DNA of 64,000 nucleotides from an uncultured Gammaproteobacteria bacterium. GTDB lineage: Bacteria > Patescibacteriota > Patescibacteriia > Magasanikbacterales > GWA2-37-8. Shown one piece after another: positions 36,043 to 46,043 of this stretch. The DNA lies in contig CAZEDL010000006.1 in assembly GCA_964510885.1 (NCBI GenBank), positions 12,531 to 76,530 of the forward strand. The letters are read 5' to 3'. Position 1 is the stretch's first letter, and every line of letters starts with the position of its first letter. Made by a program: the position numbers and the translations under genes. The notes under the pieces were generated by a model. That model worked only from the letters and a program-made list of their open reading frames with translations. It ran no database searches and was not told where the DNA came from.

Positions 36043-37407
36043 ATGCCCGTCCCTCAGCACATTTTTAAAGCCTATGATATCCGGGGATTAGTTGTGAGCG
36101 AGCTATCGCCTGATTTGGCTTACCGGGTGGGATACTATTTTGTCGACCTGCTCAAAATCGAAACCGGCCGAGCTGATTTTAAAGGCAAAGCCGTCATAGT
36201 CGGCCGCGATATGCGCGATTCAAGCCTTCTCTTCCAAAGCCAAGTCATTGCTGGCATTCGCGACCGAGGAGTGAATGTGATTGATATCGGGCTGGTATCA
36301 ACACCCCTCTTTAACTTCGCCTGTACCGAACTTCCGGAATCAGCTGGTGGCATCATGGTCACTGCCAGCCACAATCCTGCGGAATATAATGGCTTTAAGG
36401 CGACGCTGCCAACGGGTACCTCAGTGCCCGGCGTCCAGTTCTTGCCCTGCCGTGAAATAGCGCTAACACGCTCCGTACAAACAGGCGCTCTTAGCGAGCT
36501 CGAGCCATTGCCGCTCTATCAAAATAAAATTTTTTCTTTTGTCAGTCCGGCTGTGATTAAGCCGTTGCGGGTTGTAATTGATGCCGGCAATGGCATGGCC
36601 GCGGCCACCTTTCCAGTGTGGTTGAAACAGTTGCCTGTTACAGTAGAATTTTTGTACCTGGAACCAGATGGCACCTTCCCGAATCACGAAGCTAATCCCC
36701 TTAAAACTGAAACGCTAGCAGCCCTGCAAGCTAAAGTTGTTGCCGCCAAAGCTGATTTTGGCTTTGCGCTTGATGGTGATTGTGATCGCATCGGCCTTGT
36801 CGATGAAACCGGGGCGGTGGTGGAAGCCTCGTTTGTTAGCGCGCTCCTCGGGCTTGAAGTGCTGCGTGATCATCCGGGCGCTCCTATGATCTATGGCCTC
36901 ACTTGCAGCCGCATCGTGCCGGAACTCTGGCGATCAGCCGGCGCCGCTGCCACCGAGCCATCTGCCCCAGGTCATGCCAAAATTAAAAAATTAATGAAAG
37001 ATATCGGGGCTGCCTTTGCCGGCGAGTTGTCTGGACACTTGTATTACCGTGATATTCATGATCTCGAATCATCAGACCTGTCATTATTGTATGTGCTTCG
37101 CCTCTTGTCGCGAGAAGGTCGGCCGCTTAGCGAACTACTCCAGCCACTTAAAAAATATGCCCATTCAGGCGAAATAAATTTCAAAGTCGCTGATACTGCA
37201 GCCACGCTTAATCGCCTAGAACAAGCTTTCTCGGGAGAAGCCAAGAGTGTTAATCGGTTAGACGGTCTTACGTTTGATTGTAGCTGGGGATGGTTCAATG
37301 TGCGAGCCAGCAACACCGAGCCACTCTTGCGGTTAAATGCGGAAGCCTATGATGCCTCTGATTTAGAGGAGAGACTCGCTGCTATTAGGGCAATTATTAA
37401 TTATTAA
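36043..37407 (+). CDS. Phosphomannomutase/phosphoglucomutase
   Basis: FKAYDIRG, TASHNP, DGDCDR, GELSGH, VRASNTEP. Confidence 0.94.
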   Translation: MPVPQHIFKAYDIRGLVVSELSPDLAYRVGYYFVDLLKIETGRADFKGKAVIVGRDMRDSSLLFQSQVIAGIRDRGVNVIDIGLVSTPLFNFACTELPESAGGIMVTASHNPAEYNGFKATLPTGTSVPGVQFLPCREIALTRSVQTGALSELEPLPLYQNKIFSFVSPAVIKPLRVVIDAGNGMAAATFPVWLKQLPVTVEFLYLEPDGTFPNHEANPLKTETLAALQAKVVAAKADFGFALDGDCDRIGLVDETGAVVEASFVSALLGLEVLRDHPGAPMIYGLTCSRIVPELWRSAGAAATEPSAPGHAKIKKLMKDIGAAFAGELSGHLYYRDIHDLESSDLSLLYVLRLLSREGRPLSELLQPLKKYAHSGEINFKVADTAATLNRLEQAFSGEAKSVNRLDGLTFDCSWGWFNVRASNTEPLLRLNAEAYDASDLEERLAAIRAIINY

Positions 37408-37418
37408 TATTATTTCCT

Positions 37419-37793
37419 ATGGTTCCGCGCTCGCTACGCACCTGGTTTATTATTCACTTTGTGGTTGATCTGTTTGCCGGGCTGCCGTTGTTTATTGCCC
37501 CGAGCACAGTTAGCGAATTATTTGGCGTGCTGAGCGGAGAGCCGTTTATAGCTCGCATGTTAGCAGCGGCCTTCCTGGCCATTGGCACTACCTCACTTAT
37601 CTGCCGCAATGCTCCTCTCGACGCCTATAAAGCGTTATTAAAATTAAAAATTATTTGGTCAAGCCTGGCATTAGCAGGTTTAATGATTTCGCTCGTCAGT
37701 TCCCCGTCACCAACGATATATCTCCCCATTATAATTTTTGTGCCATTTTGGGTGGCCTGGATATACTTCTATAAAAAAATAACGGCCAAATAA
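37419..37793 (+). CDS. Small 4-TM membrane protein
   Basis: Four hydrophobic segments. Confidence 0.7.
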   Translation: MVPRSLRTWFIIHFVVDLFAGLPLFIAPSTVSELFGVLSGEPFIARMLAAAFLAIGTTSLICRNAPLDAYKALLKLKIIWSSLALAGLMISLVSSPSPTIYLPIIIFVPFWVAWIYFYKKITAK

Positions 37794-37818
37794 AGCCGTT
37801 ATTTATATCTAGAGAAAT

Positions 37819-38709
37819 TTAAGCGCCCATCTCGCGTAATTTTTTTACCCGTTCTTCAATCGGCGGGTGAGTTGACAGGAGAGATTTTAAGCCAGCTGCT
37901 TTGAAGGGGTTGGCCAAGAATAAGTGAGCCGTCGCCTGGTTGGCAGCCCGCATCGGCTGATTTTCAGCCGCAATTTTTTCAAGCGCCCGCGCCAATCCTT
38001 CGGGGTAACGGGTCAAAAGTGCACCCGACGCATCAGCCAGATATTCACGGCGCCGAGAAATCGCCAATTTTATCAGCTCCGCGATCAGGGGGGAAATTAT
38101 GGCCAATACGATCCCGACAATCATCAGAATGCCGCCAAGCTGTCCGCCACCCCGATCGTTATCACGTCGGCCGCCAGGCCACCGGGTGCGTAAAAAAATA
38201 TTAGATAAGATGGATACTGATCCGACCAGTACGGCTACCAGCATCATGAAACGAATATCATAATTACGCACATGCGACAGTTCATGGGCCAAGACACCTT
38301 CCAATTCTTCATTTTCCAATTTTTCAAGCGCTCCCCGAGTTACCGCTACCGATGCTGTCTCTGGCTTCCGGCCGGTGGCAAAAGCATTGATGGCGGAATC
38401 TTCAATAATATAAATCTTCGGCACCGGCGTGCCCGAAGAAATCGACAGATTCTCTATCATTCGGTACAGGTAGGCATTATCGTCCTTGATGATCAGGCGA
38501 GCGCCACTCGTATACAAGGCGATTTTGTCGCCATGAAAATAAGAAATCAGCGTTGAGCCAAGCGAAATAATAATCGCGAGCCACACTCCGCTATAGGTCG
38601 GGTCGCCGGTGGTATAACTGTACACATAGCCAAGACCAATCACGACCGCGATAAATATCATGATCAGTACCACAGATCGGCGTTTGTTTGCAGTAATTTC
38701 AGAATACAT
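37819..38709 (-). CDS. htpX: Zn metalloprotease HtpX (M48)
   Basis: NAFATG, AHELSH, SRRREYLAD, STHPP. Confidence 0.94.
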   Translation of the reverse strand: MYSEITANKRRSVVLIMIFIAVVIGLGYVYSYTTGDPTYSGVWLAIIISLGSTLISYFHGDKIALYTSGARLIIKDDNAYLYRMIENLSISSGTPVPKIYIIEDSAINAFATGRKPETASVAVTRGALEKLENEELEGVLAHELSHVRNYDIRFMMLVAVLVGSVSILSNIFLRTRWPGGRRDNDRGGGQLGGILMIVGIVLAIISPLIAELIKLAISRRREYLADASGALLTRYPEGLARALEKIAAENQPMRAANQATAHLFLANPFKAAGLKSLLSTHPPIEERVKKLREMGA

Positions 38710-38719
38710 CTTATTTTAA

Positions 38720-39169
38720 TTAATATTTAGGATCTTTTTTTTTAGAACCTCGAAAATATCCTCCGTCTCTCCCCATACTTCCACCAGTCGGTGGAAGATA
38801 ATGTCCGCTTGCGTTCCTTCCATCACTCAAACCGCAATCTCCTTCTTCGTGGTGTCTCCGGGTAATAGTGGGGTAGGCCCCTTGAACCATTTCGCCGGTT
38901 TGTTTATTTAGTATGCTCATCTGCATTATTTCTATTGTAAATTTACTTTTGCTGCGCCCTCTTTTTATGACTAACTGACCATCTTTTTCTCCGCGACTTA
39001 CTGTCCATGTCGCTTTTGTAGCGGTGTTTGGGTCGGCGCCCATTTCTCGGATTAGTTTCACAGTTAATGCTGCGGCAACTCCAAAGTCTGCGGTCAATTT
39101 ATCAATAAGGCCGTCGTTAGAAAGTGTCACTTCCAAATTTTCAAAATTAGGTCTAAATTCACCTTCCAT
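38720..39169 (-). CDS. Hypothetical protein between lemA and htpX
   Basis: 149-aa ORF filling the gap, co-oriented with both neighbours. Confidence 0.6.
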   Translation of the reverse strand: MEGEFRPNFENLEVTLSNDGLIDKLTADFGVAAALTVKLIREMGADPNTATKATWTVSRGEKDGQLVIKRGRSKSKFTIEIMQMSILNKQTGEMVQGAYPTITRRHHEEGDCGLSDGRNASGHYLPPTGGSMGRDGGYFRGSKKKDPKY

Positions 39170-39187
39170 AGTGTTTGCTTTAAGCAG

Positions 39188-39754
39188 TTAAAATTTCACC
39201 TGCACATTCTGGCGTTCACTGGCGTCAGCCTGGAAGAATTCATACTTAGTAAAGTGCATCATGCCGGCAAACAGATTAGTGGGGAAGACCTGGATCTTTG
39301 TATTGAAGTCGCGTACATTGCCGTTATAAAAGCGGCGAGAAGCTTGAATTTTATTTTCAGTGTCCGAGATTTCATCTTGGAGCTGCAAAAAATTTTGGCT
39401 GGCTTTAAGATCTGGGTAGTTTTCACTCACGGCAAACAAAGTTTTCAGCACCCCGGATAATTGGTTTTCAGCTTGTTCCTGCTCAGCCAGCGTTGCCCCC
39501 GGTTTGTTGTGCGCTGCCATGGCTGCGGTGCGCGCTTCAGTCAGCTTCACGAGCGTTTCGCGTTCATGCGTCATATAGCCCTTCACCGTTTCTACCAAAT
39601 TCGGGATCAGGTCATAGCGGCGTTTCAGCTGGACATCAATATCGCTAAAGGCTTCATCAACCCGATTTTTGCTCCGAATTAAGCCGTTATACACGCCGAT
39701 AAGGAAGATGGCGAGTATTGCCACGATGCCAAGAATGATATAAACTGCAGTCAT
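39188..39754 (-). CDS. lemA: LemA family protein
   Basis: IDVQLKRRYDLIPNLVETVKGY, ENYPDLKA, RRFYN. Confidence 0.95.
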   Translation of the reverse strand: MTAVYIILGIVAILAIFLIGVYNGLIRSKNRVDEAFSDIDVQLKRRYDLIPNLVETVKGYMTHERETLVKLTEARTAAMAAHNKPGATLAEQEQAENQLSGVLKTLFAVSENYPDLKASQNFLQLQDEISDTENKIQASRRFYNGNVRDFNTKIQVFPTNLFAGMMHFTKYEFFQADASERQNVQVKF

Positions 39755-39857
39755 ATTATATATGTATTAATTTTGTTTAAAGTTTGAAAAAAAATAACAG
39801 TAAACAGTAAATAAAAAATCTATTTTCTGCTGTCTATTTACTGCTTGCTTTTCTCCT

Positions 39858-41051
39858 ATGATTACTCTATTGCTTTTCCTCGCCGTTCTCAGCATCCTCG
39901 TCATTTCCCATGAATACGGCCACTTTATCACGGCGCGTAAAAGCGGGATTACGGTGGAAGAGTTCGGCTTTGGTTTCCCGCCGCGGATTGTTGGCGTTCG
40001 GCGTCTCACCACGGCTACCGGTAGCAAAAAGTGGCAAGTGGTTTGGGGAAAAAATGATTCGGCCGATCAAGTGGACGGCGCCATTCTCCCTACGCTTTAT
40101 TCCCTAAATATAATCCCCCTTGGCGGTTTTGTAAAGATTAAAGGCGAAACGGCCACAGCCGCTGGAGCGGCCGATCCGGATAGCTTCACGGTCAAGCCAG
40201 CTTGGCGAAAAATGCTCGTGTTGACAGCTGGTGTTCTCATGAATGTGCTGGTCGCCTTGGTATTATTTACGGTCGGATTTATAATAGGCGTGCCGCAGAA
40301 TTTAGAGCAGCAGGCTGATGTTAGTGCTATCCCTGATCATCATGTCGAAGTTATTAGTATTTTACCCGGTTCTCCGGCTGCTGCCGCCGGCCTCCAGCCT
40401 GGCGACCAGATTATCGGTCTTGATCAAACACTTGTTCGGCCGCGTTTGCCAGAACTGCAAGCCTATATGGACGCTAAACGTGATGCTGCAGTCGAGCTGA
40501 CAGTAGAACGTAATAATGAACTGTTGTACCCGATAGTTCGTCCTACTGTGTCAGCCGAAGTGGGCCGTGCTGTTATTGGTGTCAGTATTGCTGAAGTTGG
40601 CACTGTTCGCTACCCCTGGCATCGGGCGATTTTAGAAGGGGCAAAACTCACCGGCAGCACTCTTGGTGCAATTTTTGCAGGCTTTTATGATCTCATCCGC
40701 GATCTTATTACTGGCAAAGGAGCTGGCTCAGTGGTGTCCGGCCCGGTTGGAGTTGCAGTCATGACCGGCGAAGTGGCGCGGCTTGGCTTGTCTTATCTCA
40801 TTCAATTCGTAGCCATCTTGTCGCTCAATTTAGCTGTCTTAAATATTTTACCAATCCCGGCGCTCGATGGCGGCCGCCTCCTGTTTGTGGTGCTTGCAAC
40901 TGTATTCCGTCGGCCAGTCCGCGCCCGCATCGAAGAAATTGCGCATGTCGTTGGTTTTGCTGCTTTGCTTCTCCTGGTCGTAGTGATAACTATCAAAGAC
41001 ATCAGTGGTTTTAGCGGACAAATTGTTACCTGGGTAAAAACTATTTTTTAA
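39858..41051 (+). CDS. rseP: RIP metalloprotease RseP
   Basis: HEYGH, PLGGFVKIKGE, PDZ domain, NILPIPALDGG. Confidence 0.94.
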   Translation: MITLLLFLAVLSILVISHEYGHFITARKSGITVEEFGFGFPPRIVGVRRLTTATGSKKWQVVWGKNDSADQVDGAILPTLYSLNIIPLGGFVKIKGETATAAGAADPDSFTVKPAWRKMLVLTAGVLMNVLVALVLFTVGFIIGVPQNLEQQADVSAIPDHHVEVISILPGSPAAAAGLQPGDQIIGLDQTLVRPRLPELQAYMDAKRDAAVELTVERNNELLYPIVRPTVSAEVGRAVIGVSIAEVGTVRYPWHRAILEGAKLTGSTLGAIFAGFYDLIRDLITGKGAGSVVSGPVGVAVMTGEVARLGLSYLIQFVAILSLNLAVLNILPIPALDGGRLLFVVLATVFRRPVRARIEEIAHVVGFAALLLLVVVITIKDISGFSGQIVTWVKTIF

Positions 41052-41054
41052 TCT

Positions 41055-42086
41055 ATGCAAGACGATTTGAAAAAGCTGTCCGAGCGCGTGTTGTCTAACT
41101 TGAAAAGCATAGCCGCCCTGCCCGAGTTCGAACAGCTCGAATTAACCGTCTTCGGTCGCAAGCAAGGCGAGTTGGTGGAACTGCTTAAAAAAGTAAAAGA
41201 CCTGTCCGCTGACCAGAAAAAAGTGTTCGGCCAGTATGCCAACGATATTAAGCTAAAATTAGAATCTGCGTTTGCTGGCAAGCGCGCCGAGTTAACCTCT
41301 GCCGCCTGGGCTGCAGCCGCTGCCACCGAGCGCCTTGATGTCACTCAGCCAGCCGTGCCGCCACGCCGGAGGGGGCATCTGCATCCAAACACCGTGATTC
41401 AAACTGACCTAGAAGATTTTTTTACCTCGCTTGGTTTTATGATTGCCGATGGGCCTGAACTCGAGAGCGATTATTATAATTTTTCGGCTGTTAATATTCC
41501 GGCCGATCACCCCGCTCGCGACAGCCAAGACACATTCTATATCAAAAATAATTCGAGCCAAGTGATGCGTACCCACACTTCTTCCGTGCAAGTACGGGCG
41601 TTGCAAAAGTATGGTGCACCGCTCCGGGCGATTGTACCGGGCAAATGTTTCCGCAACGAAGCCACTGATGTCCGCCACGAGCACACCTTTTATCAGCTGG
41701 AAGGCCTGGTGGTAGACAAAGGTATTACCTTCAGTCATCTTAAAGGAGTGCTTGAATTAGTGGCTAAGCATTTATACGGGCCAGATACCAAAGTCCGCCT
41801 GCGGCCTAAATTCTATCCGTTTGTTGAGCCGGGCGTGAACGGTGAAGTTACCTGCTTCTTGTGCCGTGGCCAAGGATGTCGCCTGTGCAAGGGGAGTGGT
41901 TGGCTGGAAATTCTTGGTGCCGGCATGATTCATCCGAATGTACTGAAACAAGGAAATGTTGATCCTGATGTATACCAGGGCTTTGCTTTTGGCTTTGGTC
42001 TCACCCGACTCGTGATGCTCAAATATGGTATCGAAGATATTCGCCTCCTCGAAAGCGGTAATTTGAAATTTTTAGAACAGTTTTAA
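41055..42086 (+). CDS. pheS: Phenylalanine--tRNA ligase alpha subunit
   Basis: HPARDSQDTFY, RTHTS, YPFVEP, GFAFGFG. Confidence 0.96.
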   Translation: MQDDLKKLSERVLSNLKSIAALPEFEQLELTVFGRKQGELVELLKKVKDLSADQKKVFGQYANDIKLKLESAFAGKRAELTSAAWAAAAATERLDVTQPAVPPRRRGHLHPNTVIQTDLEDFFTSLGFMIADGPELESDYYNFSAVNIPADHPARDSQDTFYIKNNSSQVMRTHTSSVQVRALQKYGAPLRAIVPGKCFRNEATDVRHEHTFYQLEGLVVDKGITFSHLKGVLELVAKHLYGPDTKVRLRPKFYPFVEPGVNGEVTCFLCRGQGCRLCKGSGWLEILGAGMIHPNVLKQGNVDPDVYQGFAFGFGLTRLVMLKYGIEDIRLLESGNLKFLEQF

Positions 42087-42098
42087 TTCTCCGGATGT

Positions 42099-44561
42099 AT
42101 GCTTATCTCTTTCAACTGGCTCAAAAAATACGTCTCTTTACCCGACTCCATAACCGCCGCCGAAGTGGCGGAAAAATTAAAACTTACCACCGTGGAAGTT
42201 GAATCAGTCCGGCCGCTCGGCGCGCATCTAGCCAATATTGTGGTCGGAAAAATTTTGACCGTTGATAAACATCCCAATGCCGACAAACTACGCGTCACCA
42301 CCGTCGATGTCGGCACGGAACGCTTGTCCATCGTGTGCGGTGGCAGCAATCTGTCCGTCGGTCAATTCGTGGCCGTGGCTAAAGTCGGTGCCAGTGTCCG
42401 TTGGCACGGCGAAGGTGAACTGATCGTGCTCGAGCCAGTCACCATTCGCGGTGTCGCTTCAGCCGGTATGATTTGCGGCGCCGATGAAATCGGTCTCCTC
42501 GATCGTTTTCCCAAAACAGATGACAAAGAAATTGTTGATCTTGGCCCCAGTGGTTTTAAACCCGGTCAGCCGCTCAGCGATGCCCTGCAGTTAAACGATA
42601 CTATTTTAGAAATTGATAATAAATCCTTGTCGCACCGCCCGGATCTCTGGGGTCACTATGGCCTCGCGCGCGAAGTGTCGGTGCTGTTCAATCGCTCGGT
42701 GCAGGAATACAAAGTTAATCCCATAAAACCAGGTAAAGAGATGAAGCTGTCTGCTACCGTTGAGAATCCCGACCTGTGTTCGCGTTATATGGGTGTAGTC
42801 CTATCAGGCATCACCGTAGCTCCCTCACCAGCCTGGCTGCGTACGGCGGTGGAATCGGTCGGCATTCGTTCGATCAACAACATCGTCGATATCACTAATT
42901 TTGTCATGAATGATCTGGGGCAGCCGCTCCATGCCTTCGATGTTGCTACCCTCGCCTCAGATAATAAAAAAATTAGCCTATCTGTTCGGGCTGCCACGCC
43001 GAGAGAACAGCTTGTGACGCTCGACGGTGTCACTCGCAGCCTCGATCCGTCCATGGTGGTAATCGCGGACAATAAACAAGCCTTGGCTCTGGCTGGTGTA
43101 ATGGGTGGGCAGGGGAGTGCAATAACATCCGCCACCACTACGATTTTGTTTGAAGCCGCCACCTTTTCCGCTGCCGCTACTCGCCATACTTCTACCACAC
43201 TCAATCTCCGCACCGATTCATCGGCCCGGTTTGAAAAAAGCCTTGACCCTAATCTGCCGGCTGTAGCTCTTGCCCGGGCGGTCGCTCTCGCCACCGAGCT
43301 CTGTCCATCGGCACGCGTCATAAGTGCCATAGCCGATGAGTACCCACGCCGCCTCAAGCCACTGCCTCTCTCGATTCCATTGTCATTATTCGAAGCCAAG
43401 ATTGGCTGTGTTATCCCCGAGAAGACGATCGTCACTACGCTGACACGGCTTGGATTTGGGGTTAAACAAAAAAAAGATCTTCTCACCGTAGTAGTACCCA
43501 CCTGGCGAGCCACCAAAGATATTAGTATTCCCGAGGATGTGGTAGAAGAAGTATTGCGCTTTTTTGGTTATACAGAGGTCCCGGCCACACTGCCAGCCTT
43601 TCCGATCAAGCCTCCTGAAATTAATCTGCTACGGCGCCTAGAACGGAGCGTAGCCGAGTTGTTGGCTCGGGAATATGGCTACACCGAAATCTATAATTAT
43701 TCATTTGTCAGTGCCGAACAGATCGCCCGGCTCGGCGACGATGTGTCTAAATACCTCGAGCTCGATAATCCAATTTCTAAAGTTAAACCGTACCTACGGC
43801 GTAATTTGTTGCCGAACCTGCTAGAAAATATCAGTGCTAATCTTGAGGCCGTGGATGCCCTGCATTTTTTTGAGATCGGTAAAGTGTTCCATGGCGACGA
43901 TGCCGGCCCGCGCGCTGCTGAAAAAAGTGACACCCTGTTGCCGCGCCAAGACAGTTGGGTCACAGCAGCCTATGTGGGGAAAAAAGACCCGGCTCCCTTT
44001 TGGGAAGCTCGCCGCCTCAGTGACGCGCTGGCAGCGTGTTTAGGAATTGCACTCAGGTATGAGCCTGCTGAAGCACGCCCCTTATTTCCATGGCAGCACC
44101 CCACTCGCACCGCTTGGTTATATGCCGGGGAATACTTGGTCGGGCGCTTATATGAACTGCATCCCGTGGCGGCAGAACGACACGGCATTCGGGAGCGGGT
44201 GGCGTTTTTATCGTTCAACCTGTCGCTCTTGGCCGAACATAACTTAGCGGGTAATCGATCTCATTCCTATAAACCCTTGTCCGATTACCCAACTGTCGTC
44301 CGCGACCTCGCCTTTGTGGTGAATAAAAAATATACTCATGCGGAACTCTCTGGCGCTTTAAGTACTGTTGATCCGCTTATAATGAGCGTAGAGTTGTTCG
44401 ATGTGTTTGAAGGTAAGCATGTTCCAGCCGGCGCCAAAAGTATGGCCTACCGCCTTACTTACAGCTCGTTAGAGCGGACGTTAACCAGTGAAGAAGTCGA
44501 TAGTATCGAAAAAAAATGTATTACCTTGCTCACCACGCAATTCAGCGCCGAGATGCGCTAG
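42099..44561 (+). CDS. pheT: Phenylalanine--tRNA ligase beta subunit
   Basis: HPNADKL, RPDL, B3/B4, B5 and FDX-ACB (RDLAFVV, LFDVFEG) domains. Confidence 0.96.
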   Translation: MLISFNWLKKYVSLPDSITAAEVAEKLKLTTVEVESVRPLGAHLANIVVGKILTVDKHPNADKLRVTTVDVGTERLSIVCGGSNLSVGQFVAVAKVGASVRWHGEGELIVLEPVTIRGVASAGMICGADEIGLLDRFPKTDDKEIVDLGPSGFKPGQPLSDALQLNDTILEIDNKSLSHRPDLWGHYGLAREVSVLFNRSVQEYKVNPIKPGKEMKLSATVENPDLCSRYMGVVLSGITVAPSPAWLRTAVESVGIRSINNIVDITNFVMNDLGQPLHAFDVATLASDNKKISLSVRAATPREQLVTLDGVTRSLDPSMVVIADNKQALALAGVMGGQGSAITSATTTILFEAATFSAAATRHTSTTLNLRTDSSARFEKSLDPNLPAVALARAVALATELCPSARVISAIADEYPRRLKPLPLSIPLSLFEAKIGCVIPEKTIVTTLTRLGFGVKQKKDLLTVVVPTWRATKDISIPEDVVEEVLRFFGYTEVPATLPAFPIKPPEINLLRRLERSVAELLAREYGYTEIYNYSFVSAEQIARLGDDVSKYLELDNPISKVKPYLRRNLLPNLLENISANLEAVDALHFFEIGKVFHGDDAGPRAAEKSDTLLPRQDSWVTAAYVGKKDPAPFWEARRLSDALAACLGIALRYEPAEARPLFPWQHPTRTAWLYAGEYLVGRLYELHPVAAERHGIRERVAFLSFNLSLLAEHNLAGNRSHSYKPLSDYPTVVRDLAFVVNKKYTHAELSGALSTVDPLIMSVELFDVFEGKHVPAGAKSMAYRLTYSSLERTLTSEEVDSIEKKCITLLTTQFSAEMR

Positions 44562-44607
44562 GGGAGCAAATGTGGTATACTGCCTCTGTCATTAACCTAT
44601 CACCTGT

Positions 44608-44994
44608 ATGTTTGATTCCTCCAAAGATATTTTATATATCGTGATCGCCGGCTGCATTGGCATCTTCACGGCCTTTGTTTGCTGGATGTTTTACTACCTG
44701 ATTCGGATTTTGAAAAACACCAGCCAGATTATTGAAGAAATTCGAGGGCGCCTTGATGACCTGTCTGCTGCCATCGGCAGTGTTCGCGAAAAAGTTGACC
44801 AGCTCTCGGGTATTATGAACTTGTTTAGCGACGGCGTCACCGGACTTGTTAAAAAGATGGTCAGCCGCAAAGCTGATGCCTGGGTAGATAACGGCACCGA
44901 TACCCTTAATTCCGCTGCTAAAGAAGCGGTCGACAAAGCAGTCGATATGACTGCTGCCAAAATGAAAAAGATGGCCCAAAAAATTAAAAAATAA
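44608..44994 (+). CDS. Membrane-anchored coiled-coil protein (DUF948-like)
   Basis: N-terminal TM then heptad-patterned helix. Confidence 0.65.
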   Translation: MFDSSKDILYIVIAGCIGIFTAFVCWMFYYLIRILKNTSQIIEEIRGRLDDLSAAIGSVREKVDQLSGIMNLFSDGVTGLVKKMVSRKADAWVDNGTDTLNSAAKEAVDKAVDMTAAKMKKMAQKIKK

Positions 44995-45003
44995 ATCTTC
45001 AAT

Positions 45004-45041
45004 AATTAAAAAACTTCCCTGTGTGGGAAGTTTTTTAATTG
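45004..45041. terminator. Bidirectional terminator
   Basis: AATTAAAAAACTTCCC-tgtgt-GGGAAGTTTTTTAATT. Confidence 0.75.
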
Positions 45042-45054
45042 ATAGTTACTTAAT

Positions 45055-45924
45055 TTACTCCGTCACCGTCAATTCGCCGCCCATATCACCATGCCCTGCC
45101 CCGCAGAATGAAGAACAGAAATAAGTGAAGGTGCCTGCTTGATCCGCGATAAAATCCACGACTACACTCTTTCCGGCCGGGATCGTTTTTTTAATGTCAT
45201 ACTCCCAGATAGCAAAGCCATGTTCCACATCCTTGCTCACAATCGTAATGCGCACCCGGTCACCCTTTTTCACTGTAATGCTCGCTGGTTCAAAACTCCA
45301 CTGCTTGGCAGTGATTGTAAATTCTTTAAGGGGCGCAGCCACAGGGGCGCTCTGGCCAAGCGCTTCACCGTCACTAACGCGTGGTACTGGCACTGGATCA
45401 GTAGGTGCTACCGGAATTTTTTCCGAAGAACTAGCGTTAGTTTTTGTTGTTTCAGGCGTTTTCTCCACCGCTTTAGCGGCAGCAGCTGCTTTAACGGCCG
45501 GAATATTTTTAAGAACAAAGCTGCTCATGAGGGCCTTTCCATTGGTTACAAGTGGCGCATCAGCTTTCGGGTATTCATAGATTCCTTTTTTGCCCGTATC
45601 CCGATGCAGCATAGCAAACACGTCGCGAGTCAGGGATTTTGGCTTTGTCAATCTGACCCGGACCGATTTGCTCGTACCTCTTTTTATTTTGGCATAACCA
45701 AGTTCAGTGCCCGGCTGACCGTCAGTATTCGCGCGAATCACCAACCAGCCCTCTTCGGGGCTGTTCACTGCGCTTACCAGCACCGTATTGTTACTCGTAT
45801 TTTGGCTGACCACCGTGATTTTGGGTATGATGCTGGTTGGCGAGGCTGCCAGCACTATTGAGGTGCTAAATACCAAGCTGAGCATGCCGCCTGCCACGAA
45901 CATGAGTTCCGCAGATAAGCGCAT
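45055..45924 (-). CDS. Secreted protein with C-terminal CuA-type cupredoxin domain
   Basis: Signal peptide; AKQWSFEP, DVEHGF, CSSFCGAGHGDM. Confidence 0.85.
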   Translation of the reverse strand: MRLSAELMFVAGGMLSLVFSTSIVLAASPTSIIPKITVVSQNTSNNTVLVSAVNSPEEGWLVIRANTDGQPGTELGYAKIKRGTSKSVRVRLTKPKSLTRDVFAMLHRDTGKKGIYEYPKADAPLVTNGKALMSSFVLKNIPAVKAAAAAKAVEKTPETTKTNASSSEKIPVAPTDPVPVPRVSDGEALGQSAPVAAPLKEFTITAKQWSFEPASITVKKGDRVRITIVSKDVEHGFAIWEYDIKKTIPAGKSVVVDFIADQAGTFTYFCSSFCGAGHGDMGGELTVTE

Positions 45925-46043
45925 AGAGACTAGTAAAAATAGTAATTAATAGCGTTAGTATAGCAAATCAGATGATCCGTGCCCAGTGCTTGCGTTCCCG
46001 GTCGATTTTGATAAGATACTCGCGCGCCGCAGGCGCTCTCACT

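Noticed and set aside
45972-46043. Upstream extensions in the ORF track (dnaE, also asnS, recG, parA, clpC, LCP, dioxygenase)
   Set aside because: Extensions cover promoter-like sequence and family similarity begins at the downstream ATG
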